In this document: positions 50,790-64,000 of the stretch, piece after piece
Numbering within the stretch: position 1 is the stretch's first letter
Layout of the letters: each line of letters opens with the position of its first letter
Source of the DNA: Antedon mediterranea
Lineage: Eukaryota > Animalia > Echinodermata
Direction: 5' to 3'
DNA: 64,000 nt
NCBI RefSeq assembly: GCF_964355755.1
Contig: NC_092679.1
Location: forward strand, 10,151,432-10,215,431
Program-made: the position numbers and the translations under genes
The notes under the pieces: generated by a model
Database searches by the model: none
The model's input: the letters and a program-made list of their open reading frames with translations, nothing else
Told to the model about the DNA's origin: nothing

Positions 50790-53249
50790 GCAATTTGTGG
50801 TGGGTTTACCTCTAAATATCACTAGATTGACTGAACTAATATTGCAGTCATCACTGAAACGTGGCAAACTCCTCAAATTGAGAATGATGCACTCACGATT
50901 AACGGTTATGATCTATTTACTAAACATCGTTGCCATCTACATAAGAGCTAATATTGCATCAAAAAATCTATCTAATATAGTTCCTGCTAAGCCAAAACGA
51001 CTGCCAAGATCAGTTTCGACAATCATCATATGCGCTTTTAATATACCTCCTAGTTCGCCTAATCAAACCCTACTAATGGATCATATTACGCAATCAATTG
51101 ACACATTAAAACTTGTTCATCCTGATGCTGGCTTTATAATTTTAGGTGATTTAAACAGAACTAATGTTGAGCCAATTTGCCGATCTCACAATCTACAACA
51201 AATAGTCAAGGAACCTACTCGAGGAGATGCGGTGCTTGATCTTATTGTGACCAATCTAAAAAGTCAATACGACTGTCCAAAGATTTATTCACCAATGGGC
51301 ACCAGTGATCACAATGTGATAGTCCTATCACCGAAAAGAATCCTAGTCAAGCCTGATCCTAAATCAGTGAAAAAAAAGATAACGCAACCCATGAAGGCAG
51401 CGGATATCCAAAGATTCGGTCAATGGATTACGATTTACGATTGGTCTGATGTATATAATTGTGATAGTGTTGAAGATAAAACATCTATGTTTTATGAAAG
51501 CTTAAATGTTGCGATTGATTACTACTTTCCAAAAAAATCAGTAAAAATGCATGTGCGTGATCGACCATGGATGACACCTGCAATCAAGAATCTGATAAAA
51601 AAAAAAAGCGCCAGCAAGCTTTTGCGACCAGAGGAACATCAAATGTATGGAGATTCTACAAAAACCGTGTGCAAAATCAAATCAAATCGTGCAAAAAACA
51701 CTATTACAAAGAAAATATTAGTAATCTAAAATCATCTGACTCGAAAAAATGGCACCAAGGTATCAAACTACTTTCAAATAAGCTTAAACCACAACCTACC
51801 ATTTGTGCCCCAGGTGTTCCGTTAGATAATTTGGTTGGCACGAGCAATGCTATCAACTCCTTCTTTGGTGACATAGCACGCAGCAGACCCCCTATCGCCT
51901 TAAACAAATTACCATCATTTCTACCTGCACAACTGCCGCCTTGTGTGTCGGAGTGGGAGATGTATCTAGAACTTAAGAAAGTGAAGGTTGGAAAATCTCC
52001 CGGACCCGACAATATTCCAAATAAAATCTTGAAGGAATTTGCATGTGAGATTAGCCAACCAATAACGCATATTTTCAACACATCCTTAAGCAAAGACATT
52101 GTCCCCGGCTTGTGGAAGGATGCCGTAGTTGCCACAATCGCAAAGGAGAAGAACAAAAGTATTGTGAATGTAAATACCATAGCTCTAACTTGCACTCTTG
52201 CTAAGATAGCAGAGGGATTCGTATCCCGCTGGTTAATTTGGACATTCATAAGAATATTGATAAGCGACAATTTGTTAGCCAAAAAGATTGCTCTACCAGC
52301 CATTATTTAATTGATTTGATTTATTAAATGTATTTTTTCTGGTAGTAATACACCTAAGTCCTTGGGGAGGTTGGTTTTGACCGACTTCTCCAAGGCCTTT
52401 GACAGTGTGGACCACACTATTGCTGTGAGCAAGCTAGTTAAATTAGGATGTAGACCAGAAATAATACCTTGGATCATAAGTTTTGTTTCAGAACGTACAC
52501 AAAAAGTGAGGTATAACTCTGTCTTGTCTAATAGTGTTCAATTAAACTGTGGTGTTCCCCAAGGAACCCGACTAGGACCCATCATTTTCCTTGCAATAAT
52601 AAATGATGCACTGTTGAATAGTGATCTAAAAGTATGTAAATACGTTGATGATTTATGTATCGGTGAAGTGGTTAAAAGAAACAATTCTTCTAATATCCAA
52701 CAAACAGTTAATGATTTTTGTATATGGTCAAATGAAAATAAACTCAATCTTAATGTTGATAAATGTAAAATGATGTACTTTTCGTTTCAAAAAGTACTTC
52801 CAGTCATTGATCCCATTGTAATTGACGACCGACAACTAGAATGTGTCACAGAAGTGAATATCTTAGGTGTCTGGGTCCAAAACAACCTTAAATGGGATAA
52901 AAATGTTAGTGAAATCATCTTAAAAAGTAGTAGAAAACTTCATATGTTATGTCGTCTAAAAAAATTCAGTGTCCCTGTAGAAGATCTAGTAGCGGTTTAT
53001 ACTGGCTACATTAGATCTACCCTTGAATATGCGGCACAAGTGTGGCATTCAGGTATAACTAACGAACAGAGCAATGCCATTGAGAAAATACAGAAGAGGG
53101 CATTCCGAATCATCCTAGGCCATAAATATATAGATTATCCCCACGCATTGCATAACCTTAACCTCCTAACTTTATCAGAACGTAGAACAAAGGTGTGCCT
53201 TAAACTTGCCAAAACTTGCGCAAAAGACGATCGTTTTTCATGGTGGTAG
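50790..53249 (+). mobile_element. CR1/L2-group LINE ORF2 remnant (APE and RT), frameshifted
   Basis: ORFs 50788-51729, 51567-52310 and 52362-53249: LGDLN, PTRGDAVLDL, SDHN, SPGPDNI, DFSKAFD, GVPQGT, YVDD. Confidence 0.9.
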
Positions 53250-53584
53250 TATTTTTGGTTTAAAATACAAATTAGCATACATCTATACTATCTAAAAATA
53301 AAAATATCATCTTCAGACCCAAATTAATAATATTATAGGCCAGTTATATTTTAAATATATACCTTATACAATTTAAGATATAAATAAAGTGTTAAATGGT
53401 GAAAATATTTGAGGTGATATCAATTAAAATAAAAATCAGAATTATCAAATTTACTACGTATTAGGCCTTTAGTAGGCCTACTGTAAATAGTCACTTAATT
53501 CATTTTTGCCGTTCAATATATCAATTGCTATTAATTTTTTTAAATTTTGTTGCGTGAAAAAAAAAACCTTTACATTATCTATAG

Positions 53585-55248
53585 GACGTATAAATGTTGC
53601 AACTATGAGACGAGATATAAAAGCTAAGGCCGTTAACAACCCCTTTGTATCTGTTGCCGATATAGTTGAACAGTCAATAAGGGAGGAAATTGGACCATGA
53701 AATATTGCTGTGCATCCCACATTACCTAAACCTATTAATCTTTCACAACAGGCTAATTATAAGAGAAAGCTATCACGACCGAATCATCCAAGAGATTTAA
53801 ATGTTGTTATTGACCAAGACTATATTCCTGTTGGTTTTATTCAAACTGATGTCGTTCTTGGTAACCAACGGCACATAGTGTTTGCGAGAAACTGTATGAT
53901 GGAACTTTTTTCGAACGCAAGGAATTGGTTAGTGATTGGTTAAACTATTACTTTAAATATATATTTCATGATGATTATGAATAGTTTCGTCTTTAAAACG
54001 ATATCCCTTTTTCTTCTTTTTAATATGTACGTGGATGCAACTTTCAAACTGGTTTAACAGCCGTTTATGCAACTGTTTTGTATCCATAGCTTTGTAACAT
54101 CTGGTAACTGCAGTAAGCAAGTACCTATCGTCACGGAGGCTAGAAGATTATGTTGCGATTTTAGAAGCAATCGTTGATCTTATACCGAATGTTCCTTCTG
54201 TGACCAAAGTTGTAGCCGATTATGAGGCATCTATTTGGCAAGCCTTTAGAAGAGTATTTCCTGATGTGACTATTACGGGTTGTCTATTTCATTTTACACA
54301 GGTATATAAACACATACGGTTCATCTTTGTTGATTAATTTTTTTTTAAAGTTTTTGTCAACATTTGATTTCACACTCTTTTAAATTATTGTTTCACGCAG
54401 CAGCTACTTGACTACTTTTTTATTGATCTTGGCAGGCCATATTTCGAAAAGTCCAGGAACTTGGACTACAATGAGCTTATGGAAATGAAAACGGCACACA
54501 TGAGGTATGAAATCAGTTTATTGATATTTAAAATGTTGGGCCTTATATTGTTGTAAACATGATTCATTGGATCTTAGAACTACATATTTTTTTATCATTA
54601 TTATTATTATTATTATTATTTAATACAGTTAGTAAGGCAGCTCATTGGTTTACCGTTGCTTCTTGTTGAGCACATTCAACCTATATTCGACTTCCTTTAA
54701 CGCAATGCTGGGGATAACGGCGTACGGCGTAATACGCCAACTTCTTGTGTATATGCAGCGAACATGGGTATATGGTAACGTTTTCACACCGAGAGAATGG
54801 TCTGTATATGGCCAAGACAGGCGAACGAATAACGACTTGGAAGGCTGGCATGGCAGACTAAATCGAAAAAGACGACGATGTAAGTATTCTACAGTATCAT
54901 TGCGATGATTTGATACTCAATTAAATCGTTATAATATTTATTATCTGGTTACGTAAATATAGCGACTAGCTTATATATGCTTATAATTTAATTTATTTTT
55001 TAGCGAAATTACCCTTTTGCGTGGTGATTCATCTCCTGTTCGACGAAAGCAAAACTGTTCATATTGCCATGGAGCTCGTAAATCGAGAAGATTTAGATAG
55101 AGTCCAAAGACCAAGGTATAAATTGGCAACACGACATCTGTTAAGACTATAGGAGCAATACAGATTGGGGGAGCGTTCGGCGGTGTCACTTTTAAATGCT
55201 GGATGTCGCGTGATATCGAATGATGTTCGCGACCTCGAAGATGTCTAA
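53585..55248 (+). pseudogene. Intron-containing MULE (Mutator) DDE transposase pseudogene
   Basis: Exons at about 53585-53927, 54027-54301, 54436-54504, 54629-54879 and 55004-55248 give W|YVDATFK, VVADYEASIWQA, GCLFHFTQ|AIFRKVQELGL and RTNNDLEGWH. Several stops and one mutated acceptor. Confidence 0.85.
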
Positions 55249-55833
55249 AGTGTATCAGAAGATGCTTGGTTATTTTTTACTGGTATTTGCTTAACTATAT
55301 TTTTAAATAATTTATATGATTATGTCTAGTATTTGTGATAGTGAAATGTTAATTAGTGCAATCAAGCGTTATAGGAAGTGTTAAATACCATATAAAATAA
55401 ATACATTGAGTTTATATTATAATAATATACTTGAAATGTTCACAAGTTCATCTGATTTTTTTTTTTCTGTTTCATAGGCCTACATATAAGATATAAATGT
55501 ACATTCATTTAATATTTCAAATTCAGTTCGTTCCTAGAACACAGAAATGTTGGCTATACATTTTATCTTTTGTAGCTATTGCTCACATTTTATTGTAAGT
55601 AATAACAGTAGATTCATTTTTAAAACAAGGGGCCTACATAACAAAATAATGTTACATTTATGCTATGCTATTCTAAACTATTTGAGTTGATCCACTCTGT
55701 ATGCATAGAAACTAATATATATATATATATATATAAATATCTATCTTTCCATAAAAATATTATAGGTAAAGTTTTTCAACAAGCACACATCTTTCCTTGC
55801 AACCTGTATATAAAATTGAAAACAAATCATTAA

Positions 55834-58800
55834 CTAGAAAGCCACTCCGAGAGTGCATACCTCCGCCTACTGTAAAATTCTCCTACATAGGCCTAAGATT
55901 TCTCCGGTAAAAAAAATATATATATATATTTGTGTGTGTCTTAATGCTGTTTGTGATTTAGGCTAATTTCACAACAAGCATGTGTATGCGAGTTTGGTGT
56001 AATGTTTATGTAACAAGCCTTTCAATTAACAATAGCTTCAGTTGACTAACAATAGAACAGCAACGCGAAAATCAAACGAGTGAATTTGAAAAGAAAACAG
56101 GTTTTTTAAACTACTGGCATAAAAAAAACGTGAACATTAAATAAAATTATGTTTTAAAATTACAAATCACAAATTATAACTCTTGCCTCTTGTACAAAAA
56201 TGAAGTTTTTTGGACAAGTAGACGAGAAAATGCAATTTCAGTATACTTGTTACTTTAAGACTGCTCGCCGGCTTTTGACAAATTCTGTCCTATCTTTTAA
56301 CACTAGCAGGTCTGAAAAGTATACTAAAAAGTGGTCCAGAATTGGGACAATGGTCCCAAAATTTAATGGAATGGTCCTTGACCACATATCTATCTGTATA
56401 TTCATTTTGGTAAAGATCTCGTCATTACTTTTTGAGTAATCCTGCTAACAAACAAACCAATGAAAGCACTCAGAAACTGAGTGAAGTACTTGGCAAAATA
56501 TATCCACTGATTGAGAGCATATTGAATTTTTTTTTTATTTAGTAGGTATTAGCTTTACATGGTTCAAATCCTGCTAGGGTTTATAATTTGGTTAAATAAT
56601 TTTTAATACAAATAATGACCTTTCTGAAGATCTCAAGATTGAACTGGGAAAATGTGGACGTCTAAAGAGAATGATTACAATTAAATAATACTGAAAAATA
56701 CATATGTATACATATTACTTTCTTCTTCCCGATAATAATCAATTAGTTCTGTAGACAATTTTAATTTTGCCATTCTGATTTTATCTGAACTGTGCTAAAA
56801 GCAAGTGTATTCACTGGTCACCAAACCAAGAATGTTAATTGTCCTGTGGCTGTACTGTACAGTACCCCCATGTAGGTCACTAGTGTAGCCCCAATGGGAT
56901 TAATAATAATAAATAAACAACCTGTTTATCTATAAATATATATATATATATAATATATTTGATTGATTATGAATTTTAATAACACTTTATAATCTTTGTA
57001 TTCCATTCAACTCCTAACTAAAGTTATTTCAGGTATCTATAATCAAAAGATATATAGCGAACTATATTATATCTCTCTGCTACAATATTCAGATGTTATC
57101 ATATATATCATATCATATCATTTATTTCGCCAATATACAGAACAGTACAAAAAAACAATACAAAAGTACCAAGCCAAATTCCTGCCCATCTGATTGGCTA
57201 TTGGTTTAAAAAACTGGTGTCAGTTTTGTTAATAATAGGACATGCAGTAAAAAGTCACTATTTTCTCTCTTTTATACACAAGGGAGCAGTTAAAATAATA
57301 GATTTGTCCCTAAAGGTGACTGGAAACAGGCACTTTCCATCAATCAATACAGTGTCCCTTTGGAAGACTGAAGAAAAAACCAGATCGTGGGACTCGAGAA
57401 AAGAAATAGGTTTTTTAAAACTACTCGTATAAAAAACCTGTACATTAAATCAAATTATGTTGTTAATATTACAAATCACAATTTATAACTCTTGCCTCTT
57501 AATATAATAATAATAATAAATGAAAACTTATATAGCGCCGGTATCCTCCACCCATGTGGCGCTCATGGCGCTTTGTGCATTAACAACGTGCGAGAACATC
57601 AGCGAATAGCGACGTCTTTAGGTTGGTCTTGAAACTGTTTAGACTAGTTGAGCATTTAACTGTTGCTGGTAAGCTGTTCCATACACTTGCGGCCGCAACG
57701 TAAAAAGATCTCTGACCCCACTGATTTTTCGCTCTACGCTCTTGAAGAAGGTTTTGTGACAATGATCGTAGGCCTCTGCGGGATGATTCGTAACGATCCA
57801 CAAGGTCAGATAAATAAGCAGGAGCACTGTCATTTAGGATCTTGAATACAAACAACGCAAGTTTGTACTTAATACGTTGTTGAACAGGCAACCAATGCAA
57901 ATCCATCAGAACAGGAGTTATGTGAGCGTTTGATTTTGTATAAGTTACAATTCTAGCTGCCATATTTTGCAAGCGCTGCAAACGTTGTATTTGAGATTTT
58001 GGTATGCCAAACAACAAGGCATTACCAATGTCAATTTTAGAAGTGACAAATGAGTGTACAATCAATTCAGCTGTTTTCTTGTTAAGATTACCGCGAATAC
58101 GACCAAGGTTCCTAATCGATATGCATGCTGCTTTGGATACAGTTGTTATTTGTGCTTCCATAGTGAGATTACTATCCAGCATGATTCCCAGATTCCGGAC
58201 CACCGATGAGGGAGCGATGTTAGAGTTTCCGATTCTGATATGTGTGATGTTGATTTTGGAGATGTTACATTTAGACCCGACGATAATAAACTCTGTCTTT
58301 CCATCATTCAACTTTAGGTAATTTGTTGTCATCCAATTGCGAACATCTTCTATACAGGCTTCCATCTTACTGATTGCTGCAGCAACATCCCTTTGCACTG
58401 GATTTACTGACACATAAATCTGTGTATCATCTGCATAGAAATGGAAATGTAGACTGTGTTTGCGAATAATGTCACCAAGGGGAAGCGTATAAATGGAAAA
58501 CTGGCCAGGCCCAATTACTGACCCCTGTGGTACACCATATTCCAGGCAAGCTTCATCTGAGAATGCATCATTGATACAGACTAGCTGACGTCTTCCTGTA
58601 AGATATGACTGGAACCAGTTAAGAGCAACACCATTTATGCCAATGCGATTTCTCAGACGGGTTATCAGTCTTTGGTGATCAACTGTATCAAACGCTGCTG
58701 ACAAATCCAACAACACCAATAGCGTTATTTTCCCATCATTCATTCCTTGTAACAAATCATTCTGTACCTTTAAAAGGGAACTCTCCGTGCTATGACATGC

Positions 58801-61565
58801 ACGATATGCCGACTGGTAATTCTCATTTAAATTATGCTTTTGAAGATATGGAGTAATGCGTGATGTCACTACACGCTCCAGAGTCTTTCCAAGAAAAGAA
58901 AGATTCGACACCGGGCGGTAATTTTTCAGCGTGATGATCCAAGTTTTGCTTTTTTATTAAAGGACGAACGTGAGCAATTTTCAGTTCATCTGGCACTATG
59001 CCGGTATTAAGAGAATGGTTAATGATTTCCGTTATTATTGGAACGACTGCGTCTATACACTTCTTCAGTATAGAAGTAGGAACTGGATCTAACCTGCATG
59101 ATTTTGTTGGTGATTTCATCAGAATGTTGCGGATCTCATCTTGAGATGCTGGTGTAAATGTTGTGAGATGGTGATGAACAGCTGTCACAGGCTCATTAAA
59201 TGACATGTCATCAATCTTGAAGTCGTCTCTGATGATCTTGATCTTGTCTTGTGCAAAAATGAGGTTTTTTAGACAAGTAGTTCTCCAGAAAATGCAATTT
59301 CAGTACACTTGTTACTTTAAGACTGCTCGCCGGCTTTTGAAAATTGTCTCCTATCTTTTAACACTAGCCGGTCTGAAAATAATATCATTTTTGTTATTTG
59401 TGAAGTTATTAATAAACCAATTGTCATGATTTTCAATAGGCATGGCCTGAGAGTATATACCTTTCTACACCAAAAATTTCAGAATGATAACTTGAAAACT
59501 GTAGGCGCTATCGTGCTAACAAACAAACAAATGAAAGCACTCAGAAACTGAGTGAAGTACTTGGCAAAATATATCCACTGATTGAGAGCATATTGAAATT
59601 TTTTTTGATTTAGTAGGTATTAGCTTTACATGGTTCAAATCCTGCTAGGGTTTATAATTTGGTTAAATAATTTTTAATACAAATAATGACCTTTCTGAAG
59701 ATCTCAAGATTGAACTGGGAAAATATGGACGTCTAAAGAGAATGATTACAATTAAATAATACTGAAAAAATACATATGTGGCTTAATTTTTTGGAACTTA
59801 AATGTTTTATTATGATAAATTAAATAAATTATCACAATTATTAACAACACCAGAACAACATCAAAGAGTGACACAAGCACTATAGTATACAAAGTGCCTT
59901 TCCTCCTGTGTCAATCCCGCCAATGTTCAGTCAACACTTTTATTGGTTTGGGTAGAGAGGCTATAAAAACCCAGGGAAGGACTGAGCCTCCCTTTTCACC
60001 AAGAGATAATAATATGAAGTGATCGTAGAAGAATGAAATAGAATGTCAATAAGCTTGCAATTTAGGGACAATCTTTGTATACTGTATATTCAGAAACAAA
60101 AAGCATATAAATGTATCTTTCTTATATATTTTTTTTCTAGGCAACACTTATTCTTATTTAACGCCGCTTTTCGTTTATCTCTGTCCTTATAATTATTCTG
60201 GCATCAGAATATGCCATAACACTTCTTCTTCCCGATAAAAATCAATTAGTTCTGTAGACAATTTTAATTTTGCCATTCTGATTTTATCTGAACTGTACTA
60301 AAAGCAAGTGTATTCACTGGTCACCAAACCAAGAATGTTAATTGTCCTGTGGCTGTACTGTACAGTACCCCCATGTAGGTCACTAGTGTAGCCCAAATGG
60401 GATTAATAATAATAAATAAACAACCTGTTTATCTATAATTATATATAAATATATAATATATTTGATTGATTATGACTTTTAATAACACTTTATAATCTTT
60501 GTATTCCATTAAACTCCTAACTAAAGTTATTTCAGGAATCTATAATCAAAAGATATATAGCGAACTATATTATATCTCTCTGCTACAATATTCAGATGTT
60601 GATCCCTACCAAGCCAAATTCCTGCCCATCTGATTGGCTATTGGTTTAAAAAACTGGTGTCAGTTTCGTTAATAATAGGACATGCAGTAAAAAGTCACTA
60701 TTTTCTCTCTTTTATACACAAGGGAGCAGTTAAAATAATAGATTTGACCCTAAAGGTGACTGGAAACAGGCACTTTCCATCAATCAATACAGTGTCCCTT
60801 TGGAAGACTGAAGAAAAAACCAGATCGTGGGACTCGAGAAAAGAAATAGGTTTTTTAAAACTACTCGTATAAAAAACCTGTACATTAAATCAAATTATGT
60901 TGTTAAAATTACAAATCACAATTTATAACTCTTGCCTCTTGTGCAAAAATGAAGTGTTTTAGACAAGTAGTTCTCGAGAAAATGCAATTTCAGTACACTT
61001 GTTACTTTAAGACTGCTCGCCGGCTTTTGAAAATTGTCTCCTATCTTTTAACACTAGCCGGTCTGAAAATAATATCATTTTTGTTATTTGTGAAGTTATT
61101 AATACACCAATTGTCATGATTTTCAATAGGCATGGCCTGAGAGTATATACCTATCTACACCAAAAATTTCAGAATGATAACTTGAAAACTGTAGGCGCTA
61201 TCGTCCTAACAAACAAACAAACAAACAAACAAATAAACCAATTGTCATGATTTTCAGTAGGCATGGTCTGAGAGTATATACCTATCTACACCAAAAAATT
61301 CAGAATGATAACTTGAAAACTGTAGGCGCTATCGTGCTAACAAACAAACAAACAAACAAAGTGAATACTATACTTGGCAAAATTATTTTTGCCAAGTAAC
61401 AAACAAATAAACCAATTGTCATGATTTTCAATATGCATGGCCTGAGAGTATATACCTATCTACACCAAAAAATTCAGAATGATAACTTGAAAACTGTAGG
61501 CGCTATCGTGCTAACAAACAAACAAAGTGAATACTATACTTGGCTAAATTATTTTTGCCAAGTAA
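55834..61565 (-). mobile_element. Helentron/HINE-like family C compound locus with a tandem duplication
   Basis: CTAGAAAGCCACTCCGAGAGTGCATACCTCCGCC at 55834; (AAAC)n and hairpin TACTTGGCAAAATTATTTTTGCCAAGTA near 61371 with a variant near 61537. 56460-57500 plus 59251-59530 is duplicated at 59530-61210. Confidence 0.6.
57501..59246 (-). mobile_element. 5'-truncated L2/Crack-group LINE (RT)
   Basis: ORF 57580-58911 with LDLSAAFD, GVPQGS and YADD; 3' stem-loop AGCGCC...GGCGCTATATAA and an (ATT)n tail; TCTT on both flanks. The empty site is visible at 60930-60950. Confidence 0.92.
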
Positions 61566-62189
61566 AAAGAACACTTGATAAATATCGGTACATTTTGAAA
61601 TCCTAATTGTTTTGTAATTTTTATTGAGACGATTAAAGGAAATCGAGTTTTTTAGTTTTTTCTAATCAAGAAACAGTAAAAATTGAGCCTTCATTCAAAA
61701 TAGCGCGACCGATTTCAATTTTTAAAAAACGTACCTAGCGGCGCTCCATACAAAACACCGGAATTTGATTTTATCGCGACCGATTTCAAACGCGACCGAT
61801 TTCATCTGACACCCGCAAATCTAGCCTAGCCTAGGGCTGTATGTTGTTGGTGGGCTGTTGGGCCACTATTTACGCCTAATTCCCTACAGACAACGTGTGG
61901 GTTTATAACATGGCAATGTGTGCTGGTTAGATGTTTCCACACCCAAAAGTCTTTAAATTGTATTACTTACGATCTCCACCATTCTCAAAATGTTTAAGAA
62001 TGCCAACCGCATTGCTTTGATCTTTTGCGTACTTTAATGTTGGTTCTAAAAGAAAAACCTTCCATCTAGATAAAAATCCATCTGAAATAGCATCTCCATA
62101 TTTAATATTAAAATCAAGATTTATCTGTGGGAAAACAATGGTAAAAGACAAGTGATCAATATGTGAATAATGTCATTGTGTTAAGTTAC

Positions 62190-62460
62190 GGTGTATTGTC
62201 GAGCGGTAAGGCAGGGGCACCACAGACCATAACCAGTGAGCCTCGAACCCATAGGCATGGCTTCGAGGCTCACTAGCTCCATTATTCTGGTGGTAGAACA
62301 AGTCTTCTCGGATAAGGACTAAACCGTCCAGTATACACACACAAGCAGAATTCGAAAATATAAACCTATAGTACATCTTTCAAAAAAGAATAGAAGTTTA
62401 CCCCGGTGTACTAGTCCACACAGCCCGTCGTCTAGTCTGGGTTCCAGACGGAGTTTTGTC
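62190..62460 (+). mobile_element. tRNA-derived Deu/Nin-like SINE, degraded copy
   Basis: A-box-like GTCGAGCGGTAAG, B-box-like TTCGAGGC, and a core shared with 6268-6544. Confidence 0.7.
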
Positions 62461-63644
62461 TTAATATTAGTAAAAAAATAAATATTTTGGCACATATGGC
62501 GTTTCATACGTATACTACTTGAGACAAAAATTGAAATAAAAACAAATAAATAAAAAAAAAAGACAATGAATACAGACTTGGGGCAAATCTGCCCGTCGTC
62601 ATGGTAGATTCTGCACTGTGTCTGCCGTGATCTTCAGCTTCCAGTTAAGCTGAAGTCCAATTTATATACCGTAAATAATAGATTTACAGCCATCACTCTT
62701 AAATCATCATTGAAAACATCTTACAAATGAGGGCATGTCCTTTATTCATGGGAACATCTCCAGCACTTCAGTAATCGTTGGATTTTAGTTGTTATTATAG
62801 TGAACCTCATGGTGGCTGTCTCCTTAAAATATGCTTTTATTTGAGCATTATTTTCTTAATTAGGTGGATGGTACTTAATACATTCAAACTTAAATAAAGT
62901 TATTTGTATATATAAAATATATTTATATTTATAGACAGGTTCCATTTCTCAAAAAAACGGCCTAGAAAACGAATCAAGAAGCATTTTTGGGTAGAAGCTG
63001 GGATCCACTTGATTTAGGATATTTCGACCTCGCTGATTACGAATATGGCGGATCCCAAGCGAAATTCGGCCATCTAAGCCCTTAATTTGCATAAATAAAA
63101 ATGGCGGCCATTTTTAATAATTACCTTATATCTCGAGAACCACTAGTCACAGATAATTAATTTTGGTCTCAAAATGTTTTAAATATATGTTTTTATATTC
63201 ACTTTAATGACACATTTTCTCAAAAAATGGATGCAAGTTTTATTTCTGACATTTTGACCTTTGACCTTGATTTATTGTATCTCAGTAACCAATAATCGGA
63301 GAGACACGAAATAGGGCTCAAATTGTTCAGAAACTATACATTCATATTTATTATAATGAAATGTTTTTACAAAAAATGGCCGATTCTACAACTATTGACC
63401 TTTGAACTATTAGTCAAATATAATAATATAACTTTGAAAATTGTGGTCTTATGAATTTTTTTTTCTTTTTAAATTGTTTAAAACATGTGTGTTTCTATCC
63501 AGTCTAATGGCACATTTTGTACAAGAATGGCCGATAGTATGGTTATTGACCTTTAAACTATAGCATAGGCCTACTGTATACTAAATAATATAATTGCATA
63601 ACTATGAAATTATTTATACACAATAATAATTAGTAAAATTATAA

Positions 63645-64000
63645 AATTCATTGCCATCAAATATTATGTGTTATGATTTATATAGATTTTAAAAAAAATT
63701 GAACGCGCAAGTTACATTTGTTGAAATTTGAAATTTGAAATTACCTGCCATCAATATGATGGAGTATGATTATAGATTTTTTTAAATGTGAACATGTCAG
63801 CTACATTTGGAAATTAACTGCCATCAATATGATGGATTATGATTATAGATTTAAAAAAGAATTTGAACACATCAGCTACATTTGGAAATTTGGAAATTAC
63901 CTGCCATCAATATGATGGATTATGATTGTATAGAGGCCTACCTGCCATCAATATGATGGATTATGATTATAGATTTAAAAAAGAATTTGAACACGTACTA
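63645..64000. repeat. Minisatellite with variable units, mostly about 70-90 bp
   Basis: Repeated tgccatcaatatgatggattatgattatagatt...gaac...tacatttg units with cores near 63652, 63745, 63820, 63902 and 63942. Confidence 0.85.

Larger units (their letters stand above)
44592..61813 (+). mobile_element. 17.2-kb Mutator-like element with a decayed transposase and many nested insertions
   Basis: About 90-bp TIRs (GG...GATGAAATCGGTC...TTCCGGTGTTTTGTATGGAGCGCCGCTAGGTACG); exact 8-bp TSD CGCAAATC at 44584-44591 and 61814-61821; internal MULE transposase remnant. Confidence 0.8.
41130..62890 (-). pseudogene. Fragmented SAMD3-like (CACTA/EnSpm accessory-type) pseudogene
   Basis: Minus-strand exons with plausible splice sites: about 62890-62725 (IKAYFKETATMR..PTITEVLEMFP*IKDMPSF), 62124-61971 (INLDFNIKYGDAISDGFLSRW...), 44507-44412 plus 41697-41660 (HDLSALKV..LMLPSS..REVVDYLIQHQP), and about 41345-41130 (QPFLLDLG..QYFVI..KAFYAFNVSFPGCLYSFY). 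Contains stops and frameshifts. Confidence 0.65.

Noticed and set aside
57217-57432. 71-aa ORF repeated at 60657-60872 as a small conserved gene
   Set aside because: The identity is explained by the recent local duplication; it has a non-ATG start and no motifs.
62190-62275. tRNA gene
   Set aside because: A- and B-box-like motifs are present but no cloverleaf can be drawn, and the sequence runs into the SINE core.
63645-64000. CRISPR-like repeat-spacer array
   Set aside because: The intervening segments are homologous to each other, the context is eukaryotic and there are no cas genes; it is a minisatellite.

Overview
AT-rich animal genomic DNA with spliceosomal introns. The Deu/Nin-domain SINEs and the transposon set suggest a marine invertebrate, possibly an echinoderm, but this is inference only. 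Most of the window is nested transposable-element debris: Helentron-type rolling-circle elements, Sola/Harbinger/Kolobok/pogo/MULE/Academ-type DNA elements, L2/CR1/RTE/Rex1-type LINE fragments, SINEs and Penelope-type hammerhead ribozyme motifs. One intact host gene can be assembled on the + strand. Three coding exons (11698-11782, 19029-19172, 37070-39792; both introns phase 1, GT-AG) join in frame into a 983-aa protein with an N-terminal CIDE-N domain, 16 C2H2 zinc fingers and a Q/E-rich tail. The ORF track does not show this fusion. On the - strand (about 41130-62890) lies a fossil SAMD3-like gene of the type I associate with CACTA/EnSpm elements. It is split by a 2.7-kb Academ-like element and by a 17.2-kb MULE with an 8-bp TSD that still carries its decayed, intron-containing transposase. 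All family assignments come from reading motifs by eye; no searches were run, and the boundaries of degraded remnants are approximate.
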